A DNA stretch of 64,000 nt from Roseibacillus sp. (GTDB lineage Bacteria > Verrucomicrobiota > Verrucomicrobiia > Verrucomicrobiales > Akkermansiaceae): contig JBPOGI010000001.1 in NCBI GenBank assembly GCA_051251855.1, positions 512,001 through 576,000 on the forward strand, written 5' to 3'. Position numbers and translations under genes: made by a program. Below are positions 27,629 through 36,598 of this stretch, in pieces (position 1 is the stretch's first letter; every line of letters begins with the position of its first letter). The notes beneath the pieces were generated by a model, which was given only the letters and a program-made list of their open reading frames with translations, was not told the DNA's origin and did no database searches.

Positions 27629-30295
27629 ATGAACAAAAAAAACTTAGTATGTAAGGCAGCCTGCCTCCTTTTCATGGCCAATGCCCAAGCGGAGACTTTC
27701 ACTTGGGTCGGCTTAGGGGGAACCCGTTGGACATTTGCCGACAACTGGACCAATGAAATGGGAGTAGCCATGGCTCCGACGTTGTCCAATGAAACTGATT
27801 TAGTGTTTACGGACGGTCCTCGTGATACGGGGCTGACCCGAAATGATTATACGCTTCGCAGCATGACCTTTGACGGCACGATTGGGGTGGACGGCCATAC
27901 CATCAATATTTTTAGGTCTTCGACTTTTCTTCGCAGTTTGACCATGGAGTCGAGTACGGGAACGTCGACAATTACGGTCGATGCTGCTTCCTCTGGTGAC
28001 ATCAACATTACTAGCGGAAACACTGGGGCGAATGCGGGTCTCATTCGGCTGAACAATCCCTTGGATGTTGTCCACAATGGAACAGGAACTTTAGCTTTGA
28101 ATGCTATCATCACTCAGCAAACAGGCGAGGAAAACGGAATCACGTTTTCTGGAACTGGCTCCGTGACGATGAGTCAAGCCAATCTCTATACCGGAAATAC
28201 CGTCGTGGATGTAGCAGAGCTCACTGTCGCCGATGGTGGGGAATTTAAAATTGTTCCAGGAGCGAACGGCGTGACCAATTCGATCAGCGGATCGAGCGGT
28301 GCTTCTCTCCTTATGGATGGAGTGCTCAACTTTGATCTCAGCGGAGCTGATGCCACTATAGGCAACAGCTGGTTGGTGGTGGATGGGAGTAATCTCATGG
28401 TTGACTATGGGAATACCCTTCCTGTGAAGACTTTTAGTGTGACGAGTTCTCTTGGTGACTTTAGTGATGATGATCTGAATGGAATCTGGGAGTTGGGATT
28501 TGGAACGATTTCTTTCCAATTTAATGAGGCGACCGGAATGCTTACAGTCGAAGATGGGGGAATCCTTGGTTTTTGGACAGGGAGTATCAACAATGTCTGG
28601 GATGCTGCGACGACTGCCAACTGGTCCAATAACGCTCCAAGTGCTCCGTTAACGAGTGTGACCTTCGATGTCTCTACCGCGACGACTCAACTCGGGACCT
28701 TTGCCGACACCTACCCGAATAGTGGTCAAACACCAGTCACGCAGTCCATGATCGATATCGGGCTTGGTGGCGTGGGAACCAATCAACTCAATTTTGAGAA
28801 TGATACCGTTGATTATATTTTCACAAGTCCCGATGCGGAAGGGATTAATGGAACAACCTCAATTGCCCTTGAGGGAATGGGAGAGGTAACACTGCTGGGC
28901 ACTCATGCAACGACCGGGTCGGTCTCGGTTTCGACGGATAGCACTTTGAATTTGGGAGATGCGACCGCAGACGGTTCGGTGAGTGCGGCTCCGATTGTGA
29001 ATGATGGTGTCCTCAATTTTACCACGGCGGATTTGGTCTTTCAGGATGGAGCAGTCTCTGGCGCGGGCTCTCTAAGTCATCAAGGTTTGGGAGTAACGGT
29101 ATTGACTGAGGATTCTTCTTATTCTGGCGTGACCATCGTTGATGAAGGAACTTTGGCTCTAGAGGGTAATAGCTCTTCCCCTTCTTTCACGATTGCTGCT
29201 GATGCAGTTTTGGAATTGGCGTCTAATGTCACTCGCTTCTATCCTGTCGATATGACTTTTGCTGGCGAAGGAACAATCCTGAAGACGGGCACGGGTCAGG
29301 TTGGGTGGAATGCGACCGTGGGTACCTTTGCACTCGCTTCCGGTTCCTTGATCGATATTCAGGCAGGTCAGTTTCGAGGAGGAATCACTGGCGGAGCCGA
29401 TCCAGTTCCTCAGAATGAGGATTGGACCAATAATTTTTCTGATCTTAACGTAGCAGCTGGAGCTCTCTTCCGTGCGCGGGAAGGCAATGTGCGCATTGAC
29501 GAATTGCGAGGTGATGGATTGGTCACTACTGGGTTTGGTTCTGGTGGCTACATGCAGTTCACCATTGGGGTTGATAATGGATCGGCAGATTTTGCAGGTG
29601 AGATTGGTGATACCACGGCTAATCTGAGAGGCAATCTCACCAAGGTTGGAACAGGAACACAGACTCTTTCTGGCCTGAATACCTACTCCGGTGCGACCGT
29701 GATTGAAGAAGGAGTCATTACCGTTGCTGATGGTGGCCAGTTGACGATGAGGCCTTTGGCCGATGGCGTGAACAACGTCATTTCCGGAGGTGGTGCTGGC
29801 ACAGGCGTGCTGAACTTCGATGGCACACTCAACATCAGCTTGGCCGGCGTCGTTCCTGGTGGAACTTGGGTTCTCATCGATGATACTGCTCTCTCTCTGA
29901 ACTACGGAAGCACCTTCACCGTTTCGAGTGGAGGAGTTGCTTACACTTCTGATGGCGCTGCGCCAGGTTCGAGAGTTTGGACTCTTGAAGAGTTCGGAGA
30001 CACTTTCATCTACACCGAGGCGACTCGAACTCTGACCTCGATTGATGGTCCGGATCCTGTTGATTTCGTTGTTTGCGTTGAAAGTGATCCGAATGTTCCA
30101 GGAAACCTTCTCTTCACTTGGGAGGGTCAAGCTGGGACCACTTACAATATCCTCAGCGAGACCGATCTCAGTGTGTCTCCAGTCACTTCTTGGTCGATCT
30201 TCCAGAGTGATATTGTGGGAGTTGATGGCACAAATTCCCTGAGCGTCGCTCGTCCTGCTGATGCGGTGACATTTTTTGTTCTTACCGAGCAGTAG
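27629..30295 (+). CDS. Secreted protein with autotransporter-associated beta-strand repeats, no beta-barrel, and a conserved C-terminal domain
   Basis: Signal peptide; repeats such as LTKVGTGTQTLSGLNTYSGATVIEEG and SGTGSVTMSQANLYTGNTVV; ends ...ARPADAVTFFVLTEQ. Confidence 0.85.
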   Translation: MNKKNLVCKAACLLFMANAQAETFTWVGLGGTRWTFADNWTNEMGVAMAPTLSNETDLVFTDGPRDTGLTRNDYTLRSMTFDGTIGVDGHTINIFRSSTFLRSLTMESSTGTSTITVDAASSGDINITSGNTGANAGLIRLNNPLDVVHNGTGTLALNAIITQQTGEENGITFSGTGSVTMSQANLYTGNTVVDVAELTVADGGEFKIVPGANGVTNSISGSSGASLLMDGVLNFDLSGADATIGNSWLVVDGSNLMVDYGNTLPVKTFSVTSSLGDFSDDDLNGIWELGFGTISFQFNEATGMLTVEDGGILGFWTGSINNVWDAATTANWSNNAPSAPLTSVTFDVSTATTQLGTFADTYPNSGQTPVTQSMIDIGLGGVGTNQLNFENDTVDYIFTSPDAEGINGTTSIALEGMGEVTLLGTHATTGSVSVSTDSTLNLGDATADGSVSAAPIVNDGVLNFTTADLVFQDGAVSGAGSLSHQGLGVTVLTEDSSYSGVTIVDEGTLALEGNSSSPSFTIAADAVLELASNVTRFYPVDMTFAGEGTILKTGTGQVGWNATVGTFALASGSLIDIQAGQFRGGITGGADPVPQNEDWTNNFSDLNVAAGALFRAREGNVRIDELRGDGLVTTGFGSGGYMQFTIGVDNGSADFAGEIGDTTANLRGNLTKVGTGTQTLSGLNTYSGATVIEEGVITVADGGQLTMRPLADGVNNVISGGGAGTGVLNFDGTLNISLAGVVPGGTWVLIDDTALSLNYGSTFTVSSGGVAYTSDGAAPGSRVWTLEEFGDTFIYTEATRTLTSIDGPDPVDFVVCVESDPNVPGNLLFTWEGQAGTTYNILSETDLSVSPVTSWSIFQSDIVGVDGTNSLSVARPADAVTFFVLTEQ

Positions 30296-30475
30296 GAATA
30301 AGAAGCGCTTCTACGAAAGAGCAACTCGTGGAGAAATCGAAATCTGTCTCGTCAGAGTGCTGCGGCCCTGCGGGACAGATAATTTGAGAAATATGAAGGC
30401 TTAGAAGCCAGGCTAGGCAGAAGGGCTAGCTTTGCAGTGTTCAGAGTGCGCTTTCATCCAGACGAGAATAAAACC

Positions 30476-33451
30476 ATGAGTTGGATGTTTAAACCACTGA
30501 GCGCAGCCTTACTGATCTGCGGCAGCTCTTTGCCCCTCTTTGCAGATTACGAAAGCGATCGTGCTGAGGTTGCCGCTCTTGGGAATCTGACTTCGGCGCC
30601 AGCGATGTATGAAGTCGATACTAGTTCGACGATTTATCAATCCTCAGAGACCCTCGCGACTCTAACTCCTTCAAGCACGGAGCAGACTTTGGAGGGGTTC
30701 TTCTTTGATTCGGTGGATTATCGAGGAGACGCAACCCGAGTGTATGCTCTGGTGGGGATGCCTCAATGGGACCCGGCAACGGATGCTCCTTTGCCTGCAA
30801 TCGTTCTAGTCCATGGGGGCTCTGGCCAAGCCTATGAAACTTGGGCGAATTTGTGGGCTGAGAGAGGGTATGTGGCCATCGCTATCGATACCGAAGGGGC
30901 GTCCAATACGACCTCTCGTCATTCGAAAGGAGGGCCGAGACGAACGGGTGTTTTTCATGAATCGGAAGTCGTCATCGGAGACCAGTTTATGTTTCACGCG
31001 ACGGCGGCCTCGGTGGGAGCGAACTCTCTTTTGCGGAGTCTCCCTTTTGTCGACGAAACCAAAGTGGGAATCCATGGAGTTTCTTGGGGAGGGCTGATCA
31101 CTTCGACTGTGATGGGAGTCGATACCCGTTTTGCCTTTGCCATTCCCTCCTATGGGTGCGGTCACATGTGGGACGGAATCGGGAAGTGGCAAGAGGCCAT
31201 CTCTGACGCAGGGGGGACTGACTACTACAAGAACGTTTGGGATGCGATGCTTTGGCTGGAGGATGCGACTATGCCCATTATGTGGTTGTCGTGGCCGAAA
31301 GAGAACAACTTCAACATCGATTGCCAGGCGAATAGTTACAATCAAGCGCCCGGGACCCAAATGGTCTGCCTCATTCCCGGGATGCGGCATTCGCACGCAT
31401 TCACGTGGAGGAGGGCGGACTCTTATGACTTCGCTGATAGTATTGTCGGGAATAGCAGCGGTTCTACAGGGCTTGGTGCCAATCAACCTTGGTGTGTGGA
31501 GAAGAGTCAGAGTCTGGTCGGCGATCAAATCGTTGTGAAGTTTGAATCAACGAGGCCCTTGACGGGGGCAAACCTCATTTACACCAATGAGATGGGCTCG
31601 ACGACGTTCATGGCTTGGCCGGAAGTGAGCGTCGATGGCTTTGGTGAGACTTTTTCGGGTTCTGGTATTTGGGAAGTCAATGCGACGCTTCCGGCTGATG
31701 CCAACGGGTGGTTCGTGAACGTAACCGCCGATAGCTCTCTTCTTGAGACTGCCTATTTACCGGGCGAGACCGAATACTTCTCAGAGACCATCTATGTCAG
31801 TTCTCGTTTACAGGAAAGGGTTGAGGTTGTGCCGCCGAGTTCCCTTGATTTGGTTTTCTCAACGAATGATCCAAGCGTGCGTGGTGAGGTGAGCGTCGAC
31901 TTCACGGCAATTCACAACCTGGAGGTGACTGCTGTTGAGTTTGTGAACGAAAGCCATCCAGGGGCGTTCTCTACCGAAGAGTTGTTTGTCTTTGGACTGA
32001 TTGCGGGCACTCCGTTCGAGGTTGCTTTTGACAATGCGGTCGCCGGACTCAGTTCGGGAGAAAGCTCGACCGGCACTCTTCGTTTGACGTGGGTGGCTCT
32101 GGACAACGTCACTACCGAGACGATTGATATTTTCTTAAGCGCAACCGCAGATGACTCCCTCGTGACAACGTTCACTTGGGATGGAGGAGGCTCAAACAAT
32201 CGCTGGACGGTAGGTGAGAATTGGTTGGGCGATGCTTCGCCTCCGGAGCCCTTGCCTGTCGGGAATTTTACTGATGTGGTTCTCGCGGATGCCGGAAATC
32301 GAGTGGTTTCGAATCTCTACAGTAACTTCACAGTTAGAAATCTGGCGGTCGATGCCTCGGTTGATGATGCTTTTACTGTGAATATTTTTCGGTCGAGCTC
32401 TTATGTGAGGAGCCTGACTTTTGAGAACGATGGCAGTCCTGCGAGCTTGAGTGTCGATGCCGGCGCGGAGGGGGCTCTTCTTTTTAGCGACTTTGATACC
32501 GCTGGGTCGATCCTATTGCACGATGATTTAGAGCTCGTCCACAACGGGACCGGGAATCTGACCTTTGACGTTTCGATTGCCGAGCAGACAGGGGAAGCGA
32601 ATGGAGTGACCAGTTCAGGAAGTGGGAACGTGATCATGCAGGGTGTGAATACCTACACTGGCGATACTATCGTGGAGGCCGGTTCTTTGACTTTGGAGGC
32701 CGGTAGTTCGCTGAGCTTCGTTCCAACTGCTGATGAGGTGAGTAACCAACTTTCGGGAGTCTCCGCTGGAACAGGGACGGTCAATTTGGCTGGTGAAATT
32801 TATCTCGATCTTGAGTTGGCTGAGAGCAGTTTAGGAAATCGCTGGGTTCTGATCGACGATTCTGACCTCAATGTCGTTTATGATGCCGTCAGCTTTAGCG
32901 TTAACAGCTCGGAGGGAATGTTTTCTAACAATGCTGGGATTTGGACTCTGCAGGCTGGAGAGGTAGCTTGGACTTTCACAGAGGAGACCGGAGTTTTGGA
33001 AGTCATGGGAGAGCCCTATGAGACGTGGGCTGAAGGCGCTTTCGTTCACCCGTTCACCGAGACTGAACCTTTGGCTGATTTTGATGGCGATGGTCTTGTG
33101 AACTATCTTGAATTTGTTCTCGGAGGCGATCCGACCGTTTTTGAAGCAGACATCGGTCTCTCCTTCGATGTGCAGAGTGACGACGTTGTATTTGTCTTCA
33201 ACCGATCTGATCTGTCGAAAGAGTCAGCTGCCTCTTCGGTGCGGGTAGAGGTGTCTGAGGACCTCGCGTTTATCACGCCGGGGAATGATATTCCGATTAG
33301 CGAGGTCAGTGAAGCTGGCCCAATTGGCGAACTCGAAGCCTCCTACACAGTTTCCAATGGTGATGGGTTTGACGCCGTGGTGGTCACGATACCAAGAGCT
33401 GGACTAGAACAGATTTTTGTCCGTCTCGCCGTAACTTTGCCTATTGAGTAG
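30476..33451 (+). CDS. Secreted alpha/beta-hydrolase (acetyl-esterase-like) fused to a beta-strand-repeat module and a Verrucomicrobia-type C-terminal domain
   Basis: PAIVLVHGG, nucleophile GVSWGG, FAFAIPSYGCG; SGSGNVIMQGVNTYTGDTIVEAG; YETWA...DFDGDGLVNYLEFVLGGDP...VSEDL...IFVRLAV. Confidence 0.8.
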   Translation: MSWMFKPLSAALLICGSSLPLFADYESDRAEVAALGNLTSAPAMYEVDTSSTIYQSSETLATLTPSSTEQTLEGFFFDSVDYRGDATRVYALVGMPQWDPATDAPLPAIVLVHGGSGQAYETWANLWAERGYVAIAIDTEGASNTTSRHSKGGPRRTGVFHESEVVIGDQFMFHATAASVGANSLLRSLPFVDETKVGIHGVSWGGLITSTVMGVDTRFAFAIPSYGCGHMWDGIGKWQEAISDAGGTDYYKNVWDAMLWLEDATMPIMWLSWPKENNFNIDCQANSYNQAPGTQMVCLIPGMRHSHAFTWRRADSYDFADSIVGNSSGSTGLGANQPWCVEKSQSLVGDQIVVKFESTRPLTGANLIYTNEMGSTTFMAWPEVSVDGFGETFSGSGIWEVNATLPADANGWFVNVTADSSLLETAYLPGETEYFSETIYVSSRLQERVEVVPPSSLDLVFSTNDPSVRGEVSVDFTAIHNLEVTAVEFVNESHPGAFSTEELFVFGLIAGTPFEVAFDNAVAGLSSGESSTGTLRLTWVALDNVTTETIDIFLSATADDSLVTTFTWDGGGSNNRWTVGENWLGDASPPEPLPVGNFTDVVLADAGNRVVSNLYSNFTVRNLAVDASVDDAFTVNIFRSSSYVRSLTFENDGSPASLSVDAGAEGALLFSDFDTAGSILLHDDLELVHNGTGNLTFDVSIAEQTGEANGVTSSGSGNVIMQGVNTYTGDTIVEAGSLTLEAGSSLSFVPTADEVSNQLSGVSAGTGTVNLAGEIYLDLELAESSLGNRWVLIDDSDLNVVYDAVSFSVNSSEGMFSNNAGIWTLQAGEVAWTFTEETGVLEVMGEPYETWAEGAFVHPFTETEPLADFDGDGLVNYLEFVLGGDPTVFEADIGLSFDVQSDDVVFVFNRSDLSKESAASSVRVEVSEDLAFITPGNDIPISEVSEAGPIGELEASYTVSNGDGFDAVVVTIPRAGLEQIFVRLAVTLPIE

Positions 33452-33524
33452 GCCTGAGCCTCAGAAAGGGGAGAGCTTTCGCCTCTATTAAAATTCCGTG
33501 GCTAAGGTGTTTTCGAACGGATTT

Positions 33525-33572
33525 TACCCTCTAAACAGGGGGTTACGTGGGGATGCCAGTGCGTGCCATACT
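33525..33572 (+). promoter_or_regulatory. 20-bp palindromic box (copy 3) with an extended -10 promoter of the long sulfatase operon
   Basis: TACCCTCTAAACAGGGGGTT at 33525-33544; TTACGT (33543-48), 18 nt, TGc-CATACT (33567-72). Confidence 0.7.
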
Positions 33573-33632
33573 TGTGCTATATTCCAGGACCTTAGTCCGT
33601 AAATGACTACGTAGCCTACTTTGAGAATCCTT

Positions 33633-35099
33633 ATGAAACTTGGTCAATCCATCGAAATCTTCCGCAAGTCCTTTTCGTTTTTGCAACAAATCAGTCTGCA
33701 GCGTGGGGCGAGTCTTCTGGCCTCTTGTCTTCTTTTGCCGGTAGTGGGGGCATTTGCCGAAGAACGTCCGAATATTATCTTCATCTTCGCGGATGATTGG
33801 GGATATGGCGATGTGGGGATTCATGGGAGTACCTTTTGTGAGACGCCGCATCTCGACCAAATGGCGAAGGAGGGAATGGATTTTGCCAACTTTACAGTGA
33901 ATAGCCCAGTTTGCACGCCCAGCAGAGTCGCGGTGATGACGGGGCACTTTCCAGCGCGGCACTCGATTCATCAGCATTTCCAAGGAGTAAAGGCGCACAT
34001 CAAGCGGGGGATGCCAGATTGGCTGGATGCGGAGGTGACGATGTTACCGCGTCTCTTACAAGAGTCAGGATATAAGACGGGTCACTTTGGGAAGTGGCAT
34101 TTGGGGAGTTCGGGAGATTCTCCGACCGAGGATGCTTATGGCTACGATCGGTTTGCGACCTTCAATGGTTCTGGGGAAAACGAAATTCCTAAGGAGGGGT
34201 TGGCGTCGGTGGATCATGCTGAGAAATTTATCCGTGAGTTTAAGGATGAGACTTTCTTTGTGAATCTCTGGCTGCACGAGGCTCACTTGGCGCACTATCC
34301 TCAAGAGAGATACATGGAGCATTTTAAGGACCTAGATGAGCAGAAGCAGGTCTACGCCTCTATCATTGCGGAGGGAGACGAAGGGGTGGGACGGATTCTG
34401 ACTTTGCTGAAGGAGTTGGAAATCGACGAGAATACTTTGGTTGTTTTTTCGTCTGATAATGGCCCGGAGGCGACTCGAGATGAGAACGAGAAATTGCACA
34501 ATCTCAAAAAGGCGAAGGCGAAAGGGCAGCCTCATGACGGCGGTCTCGGTGGTTATTATTCGGTGGGTGAGAGTGGGGGCTTGAAGGGGAAGAAGAGATC
34601 GCTTTTTGCGGGAGGAGTTCGGGTGCCCTTTATCGTGCGATGGCCGGGAGTCGTTCCTGCGGGGAAGACGGACAAGAAGTCGGTCGTCACCGCGGTTGAT
34701 TTGTTGCCTACTTTTTTGGAGGTAGCGGGGGTGAAGTTGCCTGAGGGCTACGAGCCGGATGGAGAAAGCGCCTATTCAGCCTTCAAAGGAGAATCTTTTC
34801 AGAGGACCAAGCCTCTCTTTTGGGAATGGCGAGGAGGAAGCGAACAGCCCGACACTTGGCCTTCGCTGAGCGTACGTGACGGCAAGTGGATGTTGTTGCT
34901 CAATAAAGATGAGAAGAAGGCTGAACTCTACGATTTGGAGGCCGATTGGGCGCAGAAGAATGATTTGGCGGCCGAGAATCCAAGGAAGGTTTCCAAGCTC
35001 ACTAAGAAGATCGATGACTGGAAAGCGAGTTTGCCCACGCAACCTAGTAAGAATGCGCTTTCGAAAGCACGTAACAAGAAGACTAAAGATGCAAAATAA
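33633..35099 (+). CDS. S1 sulfatase (secreted)
   Basis: RPNIIFIFADDWGYGD, CTPSRVAVMTG, GKWHLG, SSDNGPE, GGVRVP. Confidence 0.95.
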   Translation: MKLGQSIEIFRKSFSFLQQISLQRGASLLASCLLLPVVGAFAEERPNIIFIFADDWGYGDVGIHGSTFCETPHLDQMAKEGMDFANFTVNSPVCTPSRVAVMTGHFPARHSIHQHFQGVKAHIKRGMPDWLDAEVTMLPRLLQESGYKTGHFGKWHLGSSGDSPTEDAYGYDRFATFNGSGENEIPKEGLASVDHAEKFIREFKDETFFVNLWLHEAHLAHYPQERYMEHFKDLDEQKQVYASIIAEGDEGVGRILTLLKELEIDENTLVVFSSDNGPEATRDENEKLHNLKKAKAKGQPHDGGLGGYYSVGESGGLKGKKRSLFAGGVRVPFIVRWPGVVPAGKTDKKSVVTAVDLLPTFLEVAGVKLPEGYEPDGESAYSAFKGESFQRTKPLFWEWRGGSEQPDTWPSLSVRDGKWMLLLNKDEKKAELYDLEADWAQKNDLAAENPRKVSKLTKKIDDWKASLPTQPSKNALSKARNKKTKDAK

Positions 35100-36585
35100 T
35101 CGAATTGTTGGAAACGTTATAGCCCTAGCACTTGTCGTTGGAGGTGAAATTACCTCTTTGGTTGCTGCTGAGTCCTTGAAGGGGTCAAAGCCCAATATCA
35201 TTCTCGTGATGACTGATGACCAAGGGATGGGCGACCTTTCCTGTATGGGCAACGAGGTGGTGAGGACTCCGAAGATTGATGCCTTCTTTGAAAAGGCGAC
35301 ACGTTTCACGGATTTTCAGGTGAGTCCTACATGTGCGCCGACGCGAGCGGCGATGATGAGCGGTCGAGTGGCCTTTAAGAATGGAGTGACCCATACCATC
35401 ATGCAGCGCGAGCGTATGGCGTTGGATACCTTTACTTTGCCACAGGCGCTCAAGACCGCTGGGTATGGAACTGGGATTTTTGGAAAGTGGCATCTTGGCG
35501 ACGAGGATGAGTATCTCCCGGGTAGCCGAGGCTTTGATGAAGTGTTGATTCATGGCTCAGGTGGGATTGGGCAGGTGCCTCTGGGGGACTTTCCTCCGAA
35601 TAAGGAGAACCTCTATTTCGACAATGTCCTGCTGCACAATGAGACGATCGTGAAGACGAAGGGCTACTGCACCGATTTGTTCTTTAAAGAAGCAATGGGA
35701 TGGGTTTGGAAGCAGCATGAAGCAAAGAAGCCTTACTTTGCCTACATCTCTTTGAATGCTCCTCATGCTCCCTTGGTGGCTCCTGAGAAATATACCCAAC
35801 GCTTTATTGACCTCGGATACGACAAGGGAACAGCTGGCCGCTATGGGATGGTGGAGAACATCGATGACAACTTTGGACTCTTGATGGACAAGTTGACTCA
35901 ATGGGAGGCGTTGGAGAATACCCTTGTGATCTTTATGACCGACAATGGAGCGACCCACCTCAGTGGAAAGCTCAATGGCAAAAAATTGAGGCACTTTAAT
36001 GCGAACTTGCGGGGCGGTAAGAACTCACCTTTTGAGGGCGGTTCTCATGTGCCTGCCTTTTGGCAATGGAAAGGGGTTTTGGATGAAGGAGTAGATATCG
36101 AGGCGCTCACCGCTCATATTGACCTCTATCCTACGTTTATAGAACTCGCGGGGGCGGAGCTTTCCGAGGAAATTCAGGAGATGGATGGCCGTTCTCTGCT
36201 TCCGCTGTTAGAAGACCCAAAGGCGGAGTGGGCGGACCGAGAACTCTTCTTTCATTGCGGGCGTTGGAATTCAGGCAAGCGCGAGGCGGCCAAGTTTGCC
36301 AAGTGTGCGGTGCGCACTGAGCAGTGGCGTTTGGTGAACAATAAGATGCTCTTTGATATCTCCAAGGACCCGAGTGAGACCACGGACATTTTTGCTGAGA
36401 ATCCTGAGGTAGTGGCGAAGCTTCAGAAGTCCTATGACGCTTGGTGGGAGTCCACCCTTCCGTTGATGGTGAATGAAGGGTTACCTAGGGTGGCCGCTGA
36501 AGACCAATCGCTTTCGATTCGTTACTACAAGCAGCTCGAGGAAAAGGGGATTCCGGACTATGAGCCTCATCTAGAAACTCCCTGA
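35089..36585 (+). CDS. S1 arylsulfatase (secreted)
   Basis: KPNIILVMTDDQG, CAPTRAAMMSG, GKWHLG, MTDNG; overlaps the upstream stop. Confidence 0.95.
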   Translation: MQNNRIVGNVIALALVVGGEITSLVAAESLKGSKPNIILVMTDDQGMGDLSCMGNEVVRTPKIDAFFEKATRFTDFQVSPTCAPTRAAMMSGRVAFKNGVTHTIMQRERMALDTFTLPQALKTAGYGTGIFGKWHLGDEDEYLPGSRGFDEVLIHGSGGIGQVPLGDFPPNKENLYFDNVLLHNETIVKTKGYCTDLFFKEAMGWVWKQHEAKKPYFAYISLNAPHAPLVAPEKYTQRFIDLGYDKGTAGRYGMVENIDDNFGLLMDKLTQWEALENTLVIFMTDNGATHLSGKLNGKKLRHFNANLRGGKNSPFEGGSHVPAFWQWKGVLDEGVDIEALTAHIDLYPTFIELAGAELSEEIQEMDGRSLLPLLEDPKAEWADRELFFHCGRWNSGKREAAKFAKCAVRTEQWRLVNNKMLFDISKDPSETTDIFAENPEVVAKLQKSYDAWWESTLPLMVNEGLPRVAAEDQSLSIRYYKQLEEKGIPDYEPHLETP

Positions 36586-36598
36586 GACAGAAAATTAG

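Noticed and set aside
27629..33451. Classical type V autotransporters
   Set aside because: Passenger-type repeats are present, but there is no ~280-aa C-terminal barrel or terminal aromatic residue.
34876..35088. Long N-terminal extensions in the ORF track (also 5217, 13912, 42838, 45676, 47100, 53756, 61322)
   Set aside because: They overlap upstream genes or promoters. Downstream ATG/GTG starts give proper signal peptides or family N-termini, so these are not frameshifts or fusions.
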